Below, in pieces: positions 44,667 through 58,141 of a stretch of 64,000 nucleotides of DNA (position 1 is the stretch's first letter; each line of letters starts with the position of its first letter). The stretch covers positions 10,568 through 74,567 of the forward strand of contig JAWCKF010000006.1 of assembly GCA_038852315.1 (NCBI GenBank), read 5' to 3'. Below the pieces are notes generated by a model. That model was not told where the DNA came from, did not search any database, and saw nothing but the letters and a program-made list of their open reading frames with translations. Both the position numbers and the translations under genes were made by a program. This DNA is from Thermoplasmata archaeon. Lineage in GTDB: Archaea; Thermoplasmatota; Thermoplasmata; UBA10834.

Positions 44667-45314
44667 TCACCAGGTACGGGTGCTCTCATCGATTAGGCAG
44701 CCCCAGACAGCGTATATGGTCAGGGCACGGAGGACCTCGTCCTGCGGCACGGGCAGCCTGCCCATGGTCATGAACCTGAGCTGGAAGTATTCGTTGGATT
44801 CGACAGAGCGCAGCCGCTCGCGCTTCGGCATCATCATGATGTCCTCTTTCGTGGGCTGCAGAGGCGTCCCGCGGCCCAAGTCCTCAAGTCTTCCGGTCTC
44901 CTCCTGTACCCAGACCATGCTGTTCTCGTCCGAGAACTCGATGTCGTTCCTCTTGCCTCTCACTGGCCTGAAGGTCATCGAAACCCCGCTTGGAAATGTC
45001 AGGGTCATTCCCGACCGGAACACGCCTGCGCCTAGCCTCACCAGCTCCTTCCCACCGAGGTATATGTGCGAACCGCCCTTCTCGAACTCGGTCGTCGCTG
45101 GGCCCCACGGCGTGGTCATCGAGCTCTTTCTGAAGCCGAGGTCGGTGCACACGATCTGGCCCAGGAACCTTCCGTCCGGGCCGAACATGTCGAACCTCCG
45201 CTCCTCCGCGGTCGCCTTCCTTGGGTCGTACAGCTTCCAGGGGAGTCTGGAGATCGATCTTCTTCTCATCCTGCGGAGGATCCATACGGTCTTCAGCTCA
45301 CGGTCGGACGACAC
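44667..45314 (-). CDS. Hypothetical protein
   Basis: 215 aa with ordinary composition and no recognised motif. The antisense ORF 44680..45573 is Ser/Pro/Arg-rich. Confidence 0.5.
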   Translation of the reverse strand: MSSDRELKTVWILRRMRRRSISRLPWKLYDPRKATAEERRFDMFGPDGRFLGQIVCTDLGFRKSSMTTPWGPATTEFEKGGSHIYLGGKELVRLGAGVFRSGMTLTFPSGVSMTFRPVRGKRNDIEFSDENSMVWVQEETGRLEDLGRGTPLQPTKEDIMMMPKRERLRSVESNEYFQLRFMTMGRLPVPQDEVLRALTIYAVWGCLIDESTRTW

Positions 45315-45370
45315 GACCAGGCAAGAGGCACCCAGGACGATAACACTTGCTCCGCCGAAGCCGGCACCGC

Positions 45371-45637
45371 TTACAGCAGCCCCATCTCGACGATCTCGAC
45401 GCTCTGCACGCCTCGCACCCCTGATATCGCAGCCTCGACCTGCTCCGCGCCGCCCTTCTTGTCGTCGAGCACCACGAGGATGTGCAGCGCTTTCAACCCG
45501 AACGCCACGGGCCTCTGTTCAGAAGCCCTCAGCCGGGCGCCCTCGGGCAGCGCCCTCTCGATTTCTCCTCTGAGCTTCTCGAGGTCTACATCCAGCCCAT
45601 CAGGCAGGACCCTGTACTGAAGTCCCACTTCTCCCAA
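45371..45637 (-). CDS. ef1b: Elongation factor 1-beta (aEF-1beta)
   Basis: My re-reading gives MGEVGLQYRVLPDGLDVDLEKL...PVAFGLKALHILVVLDDKKGG...VEIVEMGLL (88 aa) from a TTG start at 45637. Track ORF 45371..45985 is an over-extension. Confidence 0.85.
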   Translation of the reverse strand: MGEVGLQYRVLPDGLDVDLEKLRGEIERALPEGARLRASEQRPVAFGLKALHILVVLDDKKGGAEQVEAAISGVRGVQSVEIVEMGLL

Positions 45638-45648
45638 CTCAAAACACC

Positions 45649-45819
45649 TCAGGGCCCGACGAAGCCGCACTCGGGGCACTTGTAGTGGACGCTCTGGTCC
45701 CTGCAGTTCATGCACCTGCCTATCTCGGCCTTTCCGCAGTTGGGACACAGGAAGATCGTCTCGGTCCTCCTTACCAAGCGGATGCCGCATGAGCTGCAAC
45801 GCTTTTCCTGGCCGTTCAA
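45649..45819 (-). CDS. Zn-ribbon protein (COG2888-type, usual partner of aEF-1beta)
   Basis: It has four CxxC pairs (CSSCG, CPNCG, CMNCR, CPECG). The TTG at 45819 follows AGAGGT and lies downstream of the TATA at 45858-45865. The track ATG at 45897 lies upstream of that TATA. Confidence 0.7.
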   Translation of the reverse strand: MNGQEKRCSSCGIRLVRRTETIFLCPNCGKAEIGRCMNCRDQSVHYKCPECGFVGP

Positions 45820-45857
45820 AGGCTTTCGACCTCTGGGGCTGAGGTAAACACTGATTG

Positions 45858-45865
45858 TATATAAT
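45858..45865 (-). promoter_or_regulatory. TATA box (ATTATATA on minus strand) for the Zn-ribbon/ef1b pair
   Basis: The sequence is read directly. It lies about 40 nt upstream of the TTG at 45819. Confidence 0.45.
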
Positions 45866-45959
45866 CCTAGCAGTGCGAACGCCCCTGTGAGCCTCATGCT
45901 GCAAAACTAGATTTCTATCGTGGGCGATGGGGCATCCGACCTGAGAGGAGGCGTCGGAG

Positions 45960-46451
45960 TTGAAAGGGATAGTGGCATATGACACGTTCTACGGGAACAC
46001 AAGACAGGTGGCCGAAGCGCTGGTCGAGCAGATCAGGGCCGAGGGACACGAGGCGGAGCTGAGGAACGTGAGGGAGCGCCCGTCGTCGCCACCAGTCGGG
46101 GATTTCCTGTTCGTAGGGTCACCCGTGAGGTTCAAGAAGGTCACACGCGCCACAAGACGGTTCCTGAAGAAGTTGGACAGGACCGCGTGGAAGGACAAGC
46201 CAGTTGCCGTGTTCACGACGGTCGGCGAGATGCCCGGACCGGATGCCCCCGAAGAAAAAAGGCGCTCTGCCGAGAAGTGGATCCTGCCAGGTGCCGTCGC
46301 GCTCAGGGACTTCGCGAGGGCGCGTGGCCTCAGCGCGGTCGATGAGGTACTCCGCGTAGGAGTGAAGGACATGAAGGGCCCAATAGTGCCCGGTGGCATC
46401 GAGCAGGCCAAGGCATTCGCGGTCGAGATTCTGCGGAAGTATCTGAGATGA
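45960..46451 (+). CDS. Flavodoxin-like protein
   Basis: The N-terminus IVAYDTFYGNTRQVAE (FMN phosphate loop-like) and FLFVGSPV are present. It uses a TTG start after GAGAGGAGG. Confidence 0.72.
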   Translation: MKGIVAYDTFYGNTRQVAEALVEQIRAEGHEAELRNVRERPSSPPVGDFLFVGSPVRFKKVTRATRRFLKKLDRTAWKDKPVAVFTTVGEMPGPDAPEEKRRSAEKWILPGAVALRDFARARGLSAVDEVLRVGVKDMKGPIVPGGIEQAKAFAVEILRKYLR

Positions 46452-46630
46452 GGTCAGGGGGCTCCGAGGAGCCCTTGAAGCAAGTCGCGAGGCCTTAGCC
46501 CTGTCAAGGGTTCGCAATCGGAAGATTGAAAATGATTGCTGCGAAATCGAGTTTTATCGGCCAGAGTTTAATTAAGTCGAGACGAGAAAGATACGATTTT
46601 CGCGCGCGGGCAGTGAAAAGTTGTAAATCC

Positions 46631-46646
46631 GAGAAAGCATTATATA
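46631..46646 (+). promoter_or_regulatory. BRE-like (GAGAAAGC) plus TATA (ATTATATA) promoter upstream of tRNA-Lys
   Basis: It lies in the AT-richest spacer of the window and is centred about 58 nt upstream of tRNA position 1. Confidence 0.45.
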
Positions 46647-46700
46647 GGACGAGCGACTACACGCCCTGCTAACGCAGCCTAGGGTATCCACGCCGCCCAC

Positions 46701-46848
46701 GGGCCCGTAGCTCAGCTAGGTAGGAAATCCCATGCATTTCTGGTGTAATGGTTTCCCTAGAAAGAGCATCTGCCTTTTAAGCAGGTGGCCCGGGGTTCGA
46801 ATGACTATGCCTCACAGACTAGTCTCGGAAATCCCCGCGGGCCCGCCA
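46701..46848 (+). tRNA. tRNA-Lys (anticodon UUU) with two non-canonical introns (D-loop about 46722-46762; T-loop about 46802-46831) and encoded CCA
   Basis: The exons assemble to GGGCCCG TA GCTC AGCTAGGTA GAGC A TCTGC CTTTTAA GCAGG TGGCC CGGGG TTCGAAT CCCCG CGGGCCC G CCA. Both inserts are flanked by bulge-helix-bulge-like structures. Confidence 0.8.
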
Positions 46849-46932
46849 GGCGTTCTCCAGGGCGAGTCGGGGGAGTTGGTCGGCGTGAAACGTTCCGTTG
46901 TGAATGACCACGGGCTTGCGGGGTGAATCCGG

Positions 46933-47190
46933 ATGGCCGAAGAGTTCAACGTGCTGGAGCATGAGCTGGTGCCCGAGCATCATCTCCTGTCGGAGAAGGA
47001 GGCCGAGAAGGTCCTGAAGGAGCTGAAGCTCACGAAGGACCAGCTTCCGAAGATCAGGCTGGCTGACCCAGCGATAAGGGCGCTGGACGCAATCGCGGGC
47101 CCGGTCGAAGAGGGCATGGTCGTGAAGATCGTCAGGAGGAGCCCCACGAGCGGCGTCTCCGTGTGCTACAGGCTCGTGATCCGGGGGTGA
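46933..47190 (+). CDS. rpoH: RNA polymerase subunit H (Rpo5)
   Basis: 85 aa with the motifs [28 protein letters not shown] and YRLVI. Confidence 0.92.
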   Translation: MAEEFNVLEHELVPEHHLLSEKEAEKVLKELKLTKDQLPKIRLADPAIRALDAIAGPVEEGMVVKIVRRSPTSGVSVCYRLVIRG

Positions 47191-47194
47191 GCCG

Positions 47195-50100
47195 TTGAGG
47201 GAACTTGTTGAAACCTATTTCAGAGAGAGGAGCATCGTCAATCACCACATAGCCTCGTACAACGACTTTCTGCCGACGATCGACCATCCGAACAGCAGGA
47301 TGCAGAAGATCGTGGACAACGTGCGCGCCTCGCCGGACGATCCCGAGCGCGGCGTCATCAAGCTCGACCCAGACAGGACCGAGGGGAAGATCATCGAGAT
47401 ACGGGTCGGCAGGCGCAGGGACGAGAAGACCGGGCAGATAGACCCGAACGCGAAGCCCACAGTCATAGTCGGGAGGCCGATAATCAAGGAGGCCAACGGC
47501 GCCACACACGACCTGTACCCGATGGAGGCCAGGCTGAGGAACCTGAACTACTCCGCGCCGATATACCTCGAGTTCACCGTCATAGAGGACGGGATAGAGA
47601 AGGAGCCGGAGAAGGTCCACATAGGGGACCTCCCGGTGATGGTCAAGTCGAAGAAGTGCAACCTCTACAAGGACAACATCGAGATGGACAGGGAGCCCAC
47701 GGAGGAGGAGCTCAACAGGTTCCTGGTCGAGATGGGCGAGGACCTGTGCGACCCCGGCGGCTACTTCATCATCGGCGGGACCGAGCGCGCCCTTATCACG
47801 CTCGAGGACCTCGCGCCCAACAGGGTCATGGTCGAGATGAACGAGCGGTACGGCACGCCCCTGCACGTCGCCAAGGTGTTCTCGCAGAAGGAGGGCTACC
47901 GGGCGCTCACCCTGATGGAGAAGAAGAAGGACGGCATACTCGTTGTCTCGGTCCCGGCCGCGTCAGGCCAGATACCGCTGATCGTCCTCCTGAAGGCGCT
48001 CGGTATGGAGAGCGACGAGGCCATCTTCAAGGCGATCGTCTCGGACCCGCAGATGGCGAACATAGTCTACGCCAACATCGAGGAGTGCCAGAACAAGAAG
48101 CTCTTCCCGCCCAACGGCATCTACACGACCGAGGACGCGATACTCTACCTGGAGCGCAAGTTCGCGACCGGCCAGGCGAAGGAGTACAGGGCGAAGAAGG
48201 TGGAGAGCATCATCGACCGGTCGCTGCTCCCGCACCTGGGAGACACGGCCGATGCGAGGATGAAGAAGGCCATCTTCTTGGGACGCGTGGCCAGGACGAT
48301 CCTCGAGCTGGAGCTCGGGCACAGGAAGGAGGACGACAAGGACCACTACGCCAACAAGCGGCTGAAGCTCGCGGGCGACCTCATGGAAGACCTCTTCAGG
48401 GTCGCCTTCACCAATCTCATCAAGGACCTCAAGTACCAGCTCGAGCGGGGCTACACTCGCAAGAAGGGCCTGAAGATATCCAGCGCCATAAGGCCGGACC
48501 TGCTGACGCACAGGCTCCTGCACGCTTTCGCCACCGGCAACTGGGTGGGCGGGCGCGCAGGTGTGTCGCAGCTCCTGGACCGCACGTCTAACATGAGCGC
48601 TCTCTCCCACCTGAGGCGCGTGACGTCTCCGCTCACGAGGAGCCAGCCGCACTTCGAGGCGAGGGACCTGCACCCGACCCAGTGGGGCAGGCTGTGTCCC
48701 AACGAGACTCCAGAGGGCCAGAACTGCGGCCTCGTGAAGAACGCGGCGCTGATCATCGACGTCTCAGAGGGCTACGACGAGAAGGAGGTCATATGGCTGC
48801 TCAAGGACCTGGGCGTGAAGGAGGTCGGGGAGCAGTACACCACTGAGACAAGGGTCTACGTGAACGGCGACCTGATAGGCCTCCACGACAAGCCCAGGGA
48901 GCTGGTCGAGGAGATCAGGCAGAGGAGGCGTTCAGGCCTGCTGTCCCACGAGGTGAACGTCCGGTTCGACACCAACATGAACGAGATCATCATCAACTGC
49001 GACGAGGGGAGGCTGAGGAGGCCGCTGCTCGTCGTTCGTCACGGCAGGACCGTCCTCACCCGCAAGCAAGTGGAGGAGATGCGCTCGGGGAAGATACGCT
49101 GGTCGGACCTCATCCGCGAGGGCGTCGTCGAGTGGATTGATGCTGAGGAGGAGGAGGACGCCTACATCGCCGTGTTCGCGTACAAGACGCCGCAGAAGTG
49201 CGAGCACTGCGGCAAGTTCCTGAGCGAGATGGACGTCGAGTGGAAGAACCCCGGCGAGGAGGGCAAGGTCACCCTGGTGTGCAAGTCATGCGGCGGCATA
49301 ATGCACGTGGATTCCCTCCTAACCGAGGAGCACACGCACCTGGAGATCGACCCCATGGTCATACTGGGCGTGTGCTCGGGCCTCGTCCCCTACCCGGAGC
49401 ACAACTCCAGTCCCAGGGTCACCATGGGGTCCGGCATGGCAAAGCAGTCGCTAGGCCTCAGCTCGTCCAACTACAGGATCAGGCCCGACACGAGGAGCCA
49501 TCTGCTGCACTATCCGCAGAAGCCGCTCACGACCACGAAGGCAATGGACTTCGTCTACTTCAACCAGAGGCCCGCGGGCCAGAACTTCGTCGTCGCGATC
49601 CTGTCCTCGCACGGATACAACATGGAGGACGCGGTCGTGATGAACAAGTCGTCGGTCGACAGAGGCCTCGGTCGCTCGACCTTCATGAGGACGTACAGGG
49701 CGGAGGAGCGCAGGTATCCAGGCGGGCAGGAGGACCACTTCGAGATACCCAGTCCCGACGTGAGGGGCGCGCGCGCGGACATGTCGTACAGCAACCTCGG
49801 CGAGGACGGCCTCATCAGTCCCGAGACGGCCGTCCAGGGAGGCGACGTGCTGATAGGGAAGACATCGCCGCCGAGGTTCCTGGAGGAGGAGGCGGACTTC
49901 CTGACGCCCCAGAAGCGCAGGGAGACGTCCGTTACCGTGAGGCCGGGAGAGACCGGCTGGGTGGACAGCGTGATGCTCACGGAATCCGAGAACGGCTCGA
50001 GGCTGGTCAAGGTCAAGGTGAGGGACGAGCGGATACCCGAGCTGGGCGACAAGTTCGCGTCGAGGCACGGCCAGAAGGGCGTCGTGGGGCTGCTGGTGCC

Positions 50101-50781
50101 GCAGGAGGACATGCCCTTCACGGAGGACGGCCTGGTTCCAGACCTGCTCATCAACCCGCACGCCATCCCCTCTAGGATGACCGTAGCGCACGTGCTCGAG
50201 ATGATAGGCGGCAAGGTCGGGTCGATGGAGGGCAGGTTCATAGACGGCACGCCCTTCAGCGGCGAGCGCGAGGAGGCTCTCAGGGACGCCCTGGTCAGGA
50301 ACGGCTTCAAGCACAACGGCAAGGAGGTCATGTACGACGGCGTCACCGGCAGGAAGATCGAGGCCGAAGTGTTCATAGGCGTAATCTACTACCAGAAGCT
50401 GCACCACATGGTCTCGGGCAAGCTCCATGTGAGGAGCAGGGGCCCGGTCCAGATACTCACGAGACAGCCCACCGAGGGGCGCTCGAGGCAGGGCGGGCTC
50501 AGGTTCGGCGAGATGGAGAGGGACTGCCTCATAGGCCACGGGGCCGCGATGGTCATCAAGGACAGGCTTCTGGACGAGTCCGATGGCACGCTCCAGTACG
50601 TCTGCGGCAACCCGAACTGCGGCCACATAGCCATACTCGACAGGCGTGGCACGCTCAGGTGCCCGGTGTGCGGCAACAACTCGAAGATATACCAGGTCCA
50701 GACCTCGTACGCGTTCAAGCTGCTCCTGGACGAGCTGCTCTCGCTCGGGGTCGCGATGCGCCTGCAGCTGGAGGATTTGAA

Positions 50782-50785
<4 letters not shown>
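47195..50785 (+). CDS. rpoB: RNA polymerase subunit B (Rpo2), unsplit
   Basis: 1196 aa. Motifs [15 protein letters not shown] and [11 protein letters not shown] are present, with a C-terminal Zn site CGNPNCGH...CPVCG. It uses a TTG start 4 nt after the rpoH stop. An extra CxxC...CxxC insert is noted in the findings. Confidence 0.95.
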
Positions 50786-55309
<4,524 letters not shown>

Positions 55310-55320
55310 AGCGTGATCCG

Positions 55321-55746
55321 ATGGGCGACATAACCTTCACGGCGGACACCCTGAGATACATAAGCCTGTTCGAGAAGGTCACCAAGACCCAGGTCAAGGA
55401 CTGCATGGAGACCGAGGAGAAGCTGGTCTTCGTCGTCGAGAAGGGCCAAGGCAGCAAGGCCGTGGGGAAGAAGGGCGAGAACGTCATCCGGCTGAAGAAC
55501 CTCACGGGGAAGAACATACACGTCATAGAGTACTCCGACGATCCAGTGACCTTCATAAGGAACGTTTTCCACACATACTCCGTGCAGGGCGTCACCATAG
55601 AGGACCGGGGGAAGATCATACACGCTACGGTGACGGTAGACCCCAAGATGAAGGGCAAGGCGATTGGGAAGAACGGGAAGAACCTCAGGATCGCGCGGGA
55701 CGTGGTAAGCAGGCATCACAACGTCCAGAGCATCAGCGTCGCGTGA
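55321..55746 (+). CDS. nusA: Archaeal NusA-like termination/antitermination factor (two KH domains)
   Basis: The protein starts MGDITFTADTLRYISLFEKVT and carries GKKGENV and GKNGKNL GXXG loops. The track ORF start at 55237 is an over-extension. Confidence 0.9.
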   Translation: MGDITFTADTLRYISLFEKVTKTQVKDCMETEEKLVFVVEKGQGSKAVGKKGENVIRLKNLTGKNIHVIEYSDDPVTFIRNVFHTYSVQGVTIEDRGKIIHATVTVDPKMKGKAIGKNGKNLRIARDVVSRHHNVQSISVA

Positions 55747-56812
55747 GCGGGATCCTCTCGACCTCGAGCGCATCGGCCGTCGGGTACTCCTCGACGAGGT
55801 ACGCTGGCATGTCTATCTCGTCGGCTATCTCCTCGAGCACCCACGGGGCGATCTCGAGCCTCCTCTTCGCGGGGTTGCTGTAGATCAGCTCGCCGGGAAT
55901 GTTGAATCTCCTGAGCAGCCAGGCGGCTGTCATAGACCTGTCCTGTGTCTCTATCACGCCCTTCAGGAGCGTGCCGTCTCTCGTGAGCAGCTCATGTGGC
56001 CTCCGCACGTTCCTCGCCCTGCGCATTATCCTGCGCCTCAGCTGAACGCCGTCCTTGAAAGCGGCTGAACAGTAGTGCAGCGGCACCTCCGTCCTCAGCC
56101 GCAGCAGCTGGTGAGCCAGCGGTTCGCTGCCCAGGACCGCCGCGGAAACATCGTCCTTCGCTTCAAAGCCCAGCCTCCTCAGCCTCCTCCAGTTGGTCTC
56201 CGAGAACTCGAGCTCGTTCAGGTTCACGAAGTCGAGCTCAGCGGCGTCTGCGAAAGCGATCGCCGAGACGAGATCGCGTTCCCTCCCGGGAATCACGGGG
56301 ATCTCGAGGCCCACGGAAACGCCGAGCCTCTTGCACCGTCTGACGGCCCGCTCGTAAGGGCCTCCAGAAAGGCTCGTCCACGCATGCGCCGGCGGGTGGA
56401 ACCTGATCTCATCAAGACCTGCGAGCGCGACGCGCCGTATCCTGGCCAGGTCCGTGCAGGCGGTGTAGAGGTGGACGTGGTGGGAATCGCCGAACCGCCT
56501 CTTGAGCAGCCTGATGCTCTCGGCCGTGCGCTCGAGCGCCATGAGCGGGTCGCCCCCCGTCACGCCGGTTCCGAGGGCGTCCATCAGAACGGCCTCATCT
56601 AAGATGTCCTCGGGCGAACTCACCCTCCTCTCGTTGGCATATGTCACGTCCTTCCCGCGCTTCTCGCGCGACAGCGGACAGTAGAAGCATCTGGCGCTGC
56701 ACCTACCTGTGACCAGCAGGACCATCTTCGCCCCCTGCTCGCACAGGGCGCACCCTCGCGGGAGTTTCCTGGTATAGGCTGAACGCTTGGGCAACCGCTT
56801 GATCCTCTGCAC
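55733..56812 (-). CDS. Radical SAM protein (PFL-activase-related, COG2108-like)
   Basis: The CxxxCxxC motif is GRCSARCFYCPLS. The protein is 359 aa. Its 3' end overlaps the nusA 3' end by 14 nt. Confidence 0.8.
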   Translation of the reverse strand: MQRIKRLPKRSAYTRKLPRGCALCEQGAKMVLLVTGRCSARCFYCPLSREKRGKDVTYANERRVSSPEDILDEAVLMDALGTGVTGGDPLMALERTAESIRLLKRRFGDSHHVHLYTACTDLARIRRVALAGLDEIRFHPPAHAWTSLSGGPYERAVRRCKRLGVSVGLEIPVIPGRERDLVSAIAFADAAELDFVNLNELEFSETNWRRLRRLGFEAKDDVSAAVLGSEPLAHQLLRLRTEVPLHYCSAAFKDGVQLRRRIMRRARNVRRPHELLTRDGTLLKGVIETQDRSMTAAWLLRRFNIPGELIYSNPAKRRLEIAPWVLEEIADEIDMPAYLVEEYPTADALEVERIPLTRR

Positions 56813-56948
56813 GCTCGGGGAATCGCACGCCTACCATTTAACAGAACGCACAGTCGTCAACGGCTCTCGCCCAGCGGCCGGGCGCGCCATGCGCCAACAA
56901 ATGCCAAGGTTGAAATAAGCAGCATCAGCTCCGGCTTCCGGAGTTAGG

Positions 56949-57260
56949 ATGGCTAACAAGTTCGAGGCCGTCGTTTTCTGCAGAGCTCCCGCCCTCCAGG
57001 TGTACGAGTTCCTGGCAGCCGGTGCAGGCACGGACATGAAGGTCAAGGCGGCCGACCCGAAGGCGCTCACAGTCACTCTGAAGAGCAAGATGGGACTTGT
57101 GAGCTACGGCGAGATCGTCGACTGCTCGGTCGTCGCGACGCAGAACGGCTGCAGAGTCACGTTGAAAGGCAGGCCCGTTCTGGTCACGAACATCACCGCC
57201 GATGTCAAGGGCACCGTGATGAAGGTCTCTGACGCCCTCGGGGCCAGGTTCGGCTACTGA
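56949..57260 (+). CDS. Hypothetical small protein
   Basis: 103 aa with good codon bias. GGAG lies upstream of the ATG. No recognised motif. Confidence 0.5.
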   Translation: MANKFEAVVFCRAPALQVYEFLAAGAGTDMKVKAADPKALTVTLKSKMGLVSYGEIVDCSVVATQNGCRVTLKGRPVLVTNITADVKGTVMKVSDALGARFGY

Positions 57261-57358
57261 CCGCGGTGGGTTTTGAATGGCGCACCTGATGTATGCACAA
57301 GCGCGCGTTGTCGGCAAAGGGTAAAATCGACGGAAGCTCATGCCAGCCTGGGGAGAGG

Positions 57359-58003
57359 ATGCAGAAGAGGAGCAGGGTCATACTAGCTCTCGATGTTACG
57401 TCACGCTCGGATGCCGTGCGCGTCGTGGAAGCAGTCAGAGGTCACGTAGATGCCATCAAAGTCAACTGGCCTCTGATACTCGCCGCCGGACCCGACATAA
57501 TCACAGAGCTTGCCGATGTCAAGGACGTCATCTGCGACATGAAGATAGCAGACATACCCAACACCAACCGGCTGATTGTCGAGCAGGCGATTGCCAGGGG
57601 GGCGAGCGCCGTGATATGTCACGGGTTCACGGGCGATGACTCCGTGAGGGCTTGCGTAGATGCTGCGAACGGTCAAGTGTTCGTCGTGACTGAGATGAGC
57701 CATCCGGGAGGAAGGCAGTTCACCGCTCCCGTGGCGGACAAGCTCGCAGGGGTTGCCAAGGCCGCCGGGGCGAGGGGCATAGTGGCGCCCGCGACGAGGC
57801 CCGAGAGGATAGCGGAACTCCGGAGGATAATCGGGGAAATGGAAATCATCAGCCCGGGCGTGGGTGCGCAGGGAGGCAAGGCCTCGGACGCTATCAAGGC
57901 GGGTGCGGACTACATCATCGTCGGCAGGGCGATATACGAATCACCCGACCCGGGCGCGGCTGCGGCGAAGCTCGCATCAGAGGTCGCAGAAGCGCTCAGA
58001 TGA
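57359..58003 (+). CDS. pyrF: Orotidine 5'-phosphate decarboxylase
   Basis: Motifs VILALDV, DAIKVN, DMKIADIPNT, ISPGVGAQGG and IVGRAIY are present. The ATG at 57359 follows GGGGAGAGG. Confidence 0.88.
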   Translation: MQKRSRVILALDVTSRSDAVRVVEAVRGHVDAIKVNWPLILAAGPDIITELADVKDVICDMKIADIPNTNRLIVEQAIARGASAVICHGFTGDDSVRACVDAANGQVFVVTEMSHPGGRQFTAPVADKLAGVAKAAGARGIVAPATRPERIAELRRIIGEMEIISPGVGAQGGKASDAIKAGADYIIVGRAIYESPDPGAAAAKLASEVAEALR

Positions 58004-58086
58004 GCCGCCGCGTATGCACTGCCGAATCGTGACGTGCCAGATGTGTGTGGACGAGCTCGGGATTAGACATCTCGTCACCGACAACG

Positions 58087-58094
58087 TATATATA
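58087..58094 (+). promoter_or_regulatory. TATA box (TATATATA) upstream of aglB
   Basis: The sequence is read directly. The aglB frame opens at 58067. The first canonical in-frame start downstream of the predicted TSS is TTG at 58142. Confidence 0.5.
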
Positions 58095-58141
58095 GCACAC
58101 TCGGTATCGTGGGGCTACTATCGCTTCAGGGTGCAACATCT

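Noticed and set aside
43180-44670. 496-aa minus-strand ORF
   Set aside because: It is antisense to the malic enzyme and has an Arg/Leu/Pro/His-rich composition.
46452-46700. AT-richer 250-nt spacer considered as an origin or mobile-element scar
   Set aside because: It contains only short direct repeats (GATTG x2, CGAGAAAG x2) and TATA-like boxes. This is most simply the promoter region of tRNA-Lys/rpoH. There are no long repeats or integrase nearby.
46732-46926. 64-aa plus-strand ORF
   Set aside because: It starts inside the first intron of tRNA-Lys and reads through the tRNA exons, so it is not a gene.
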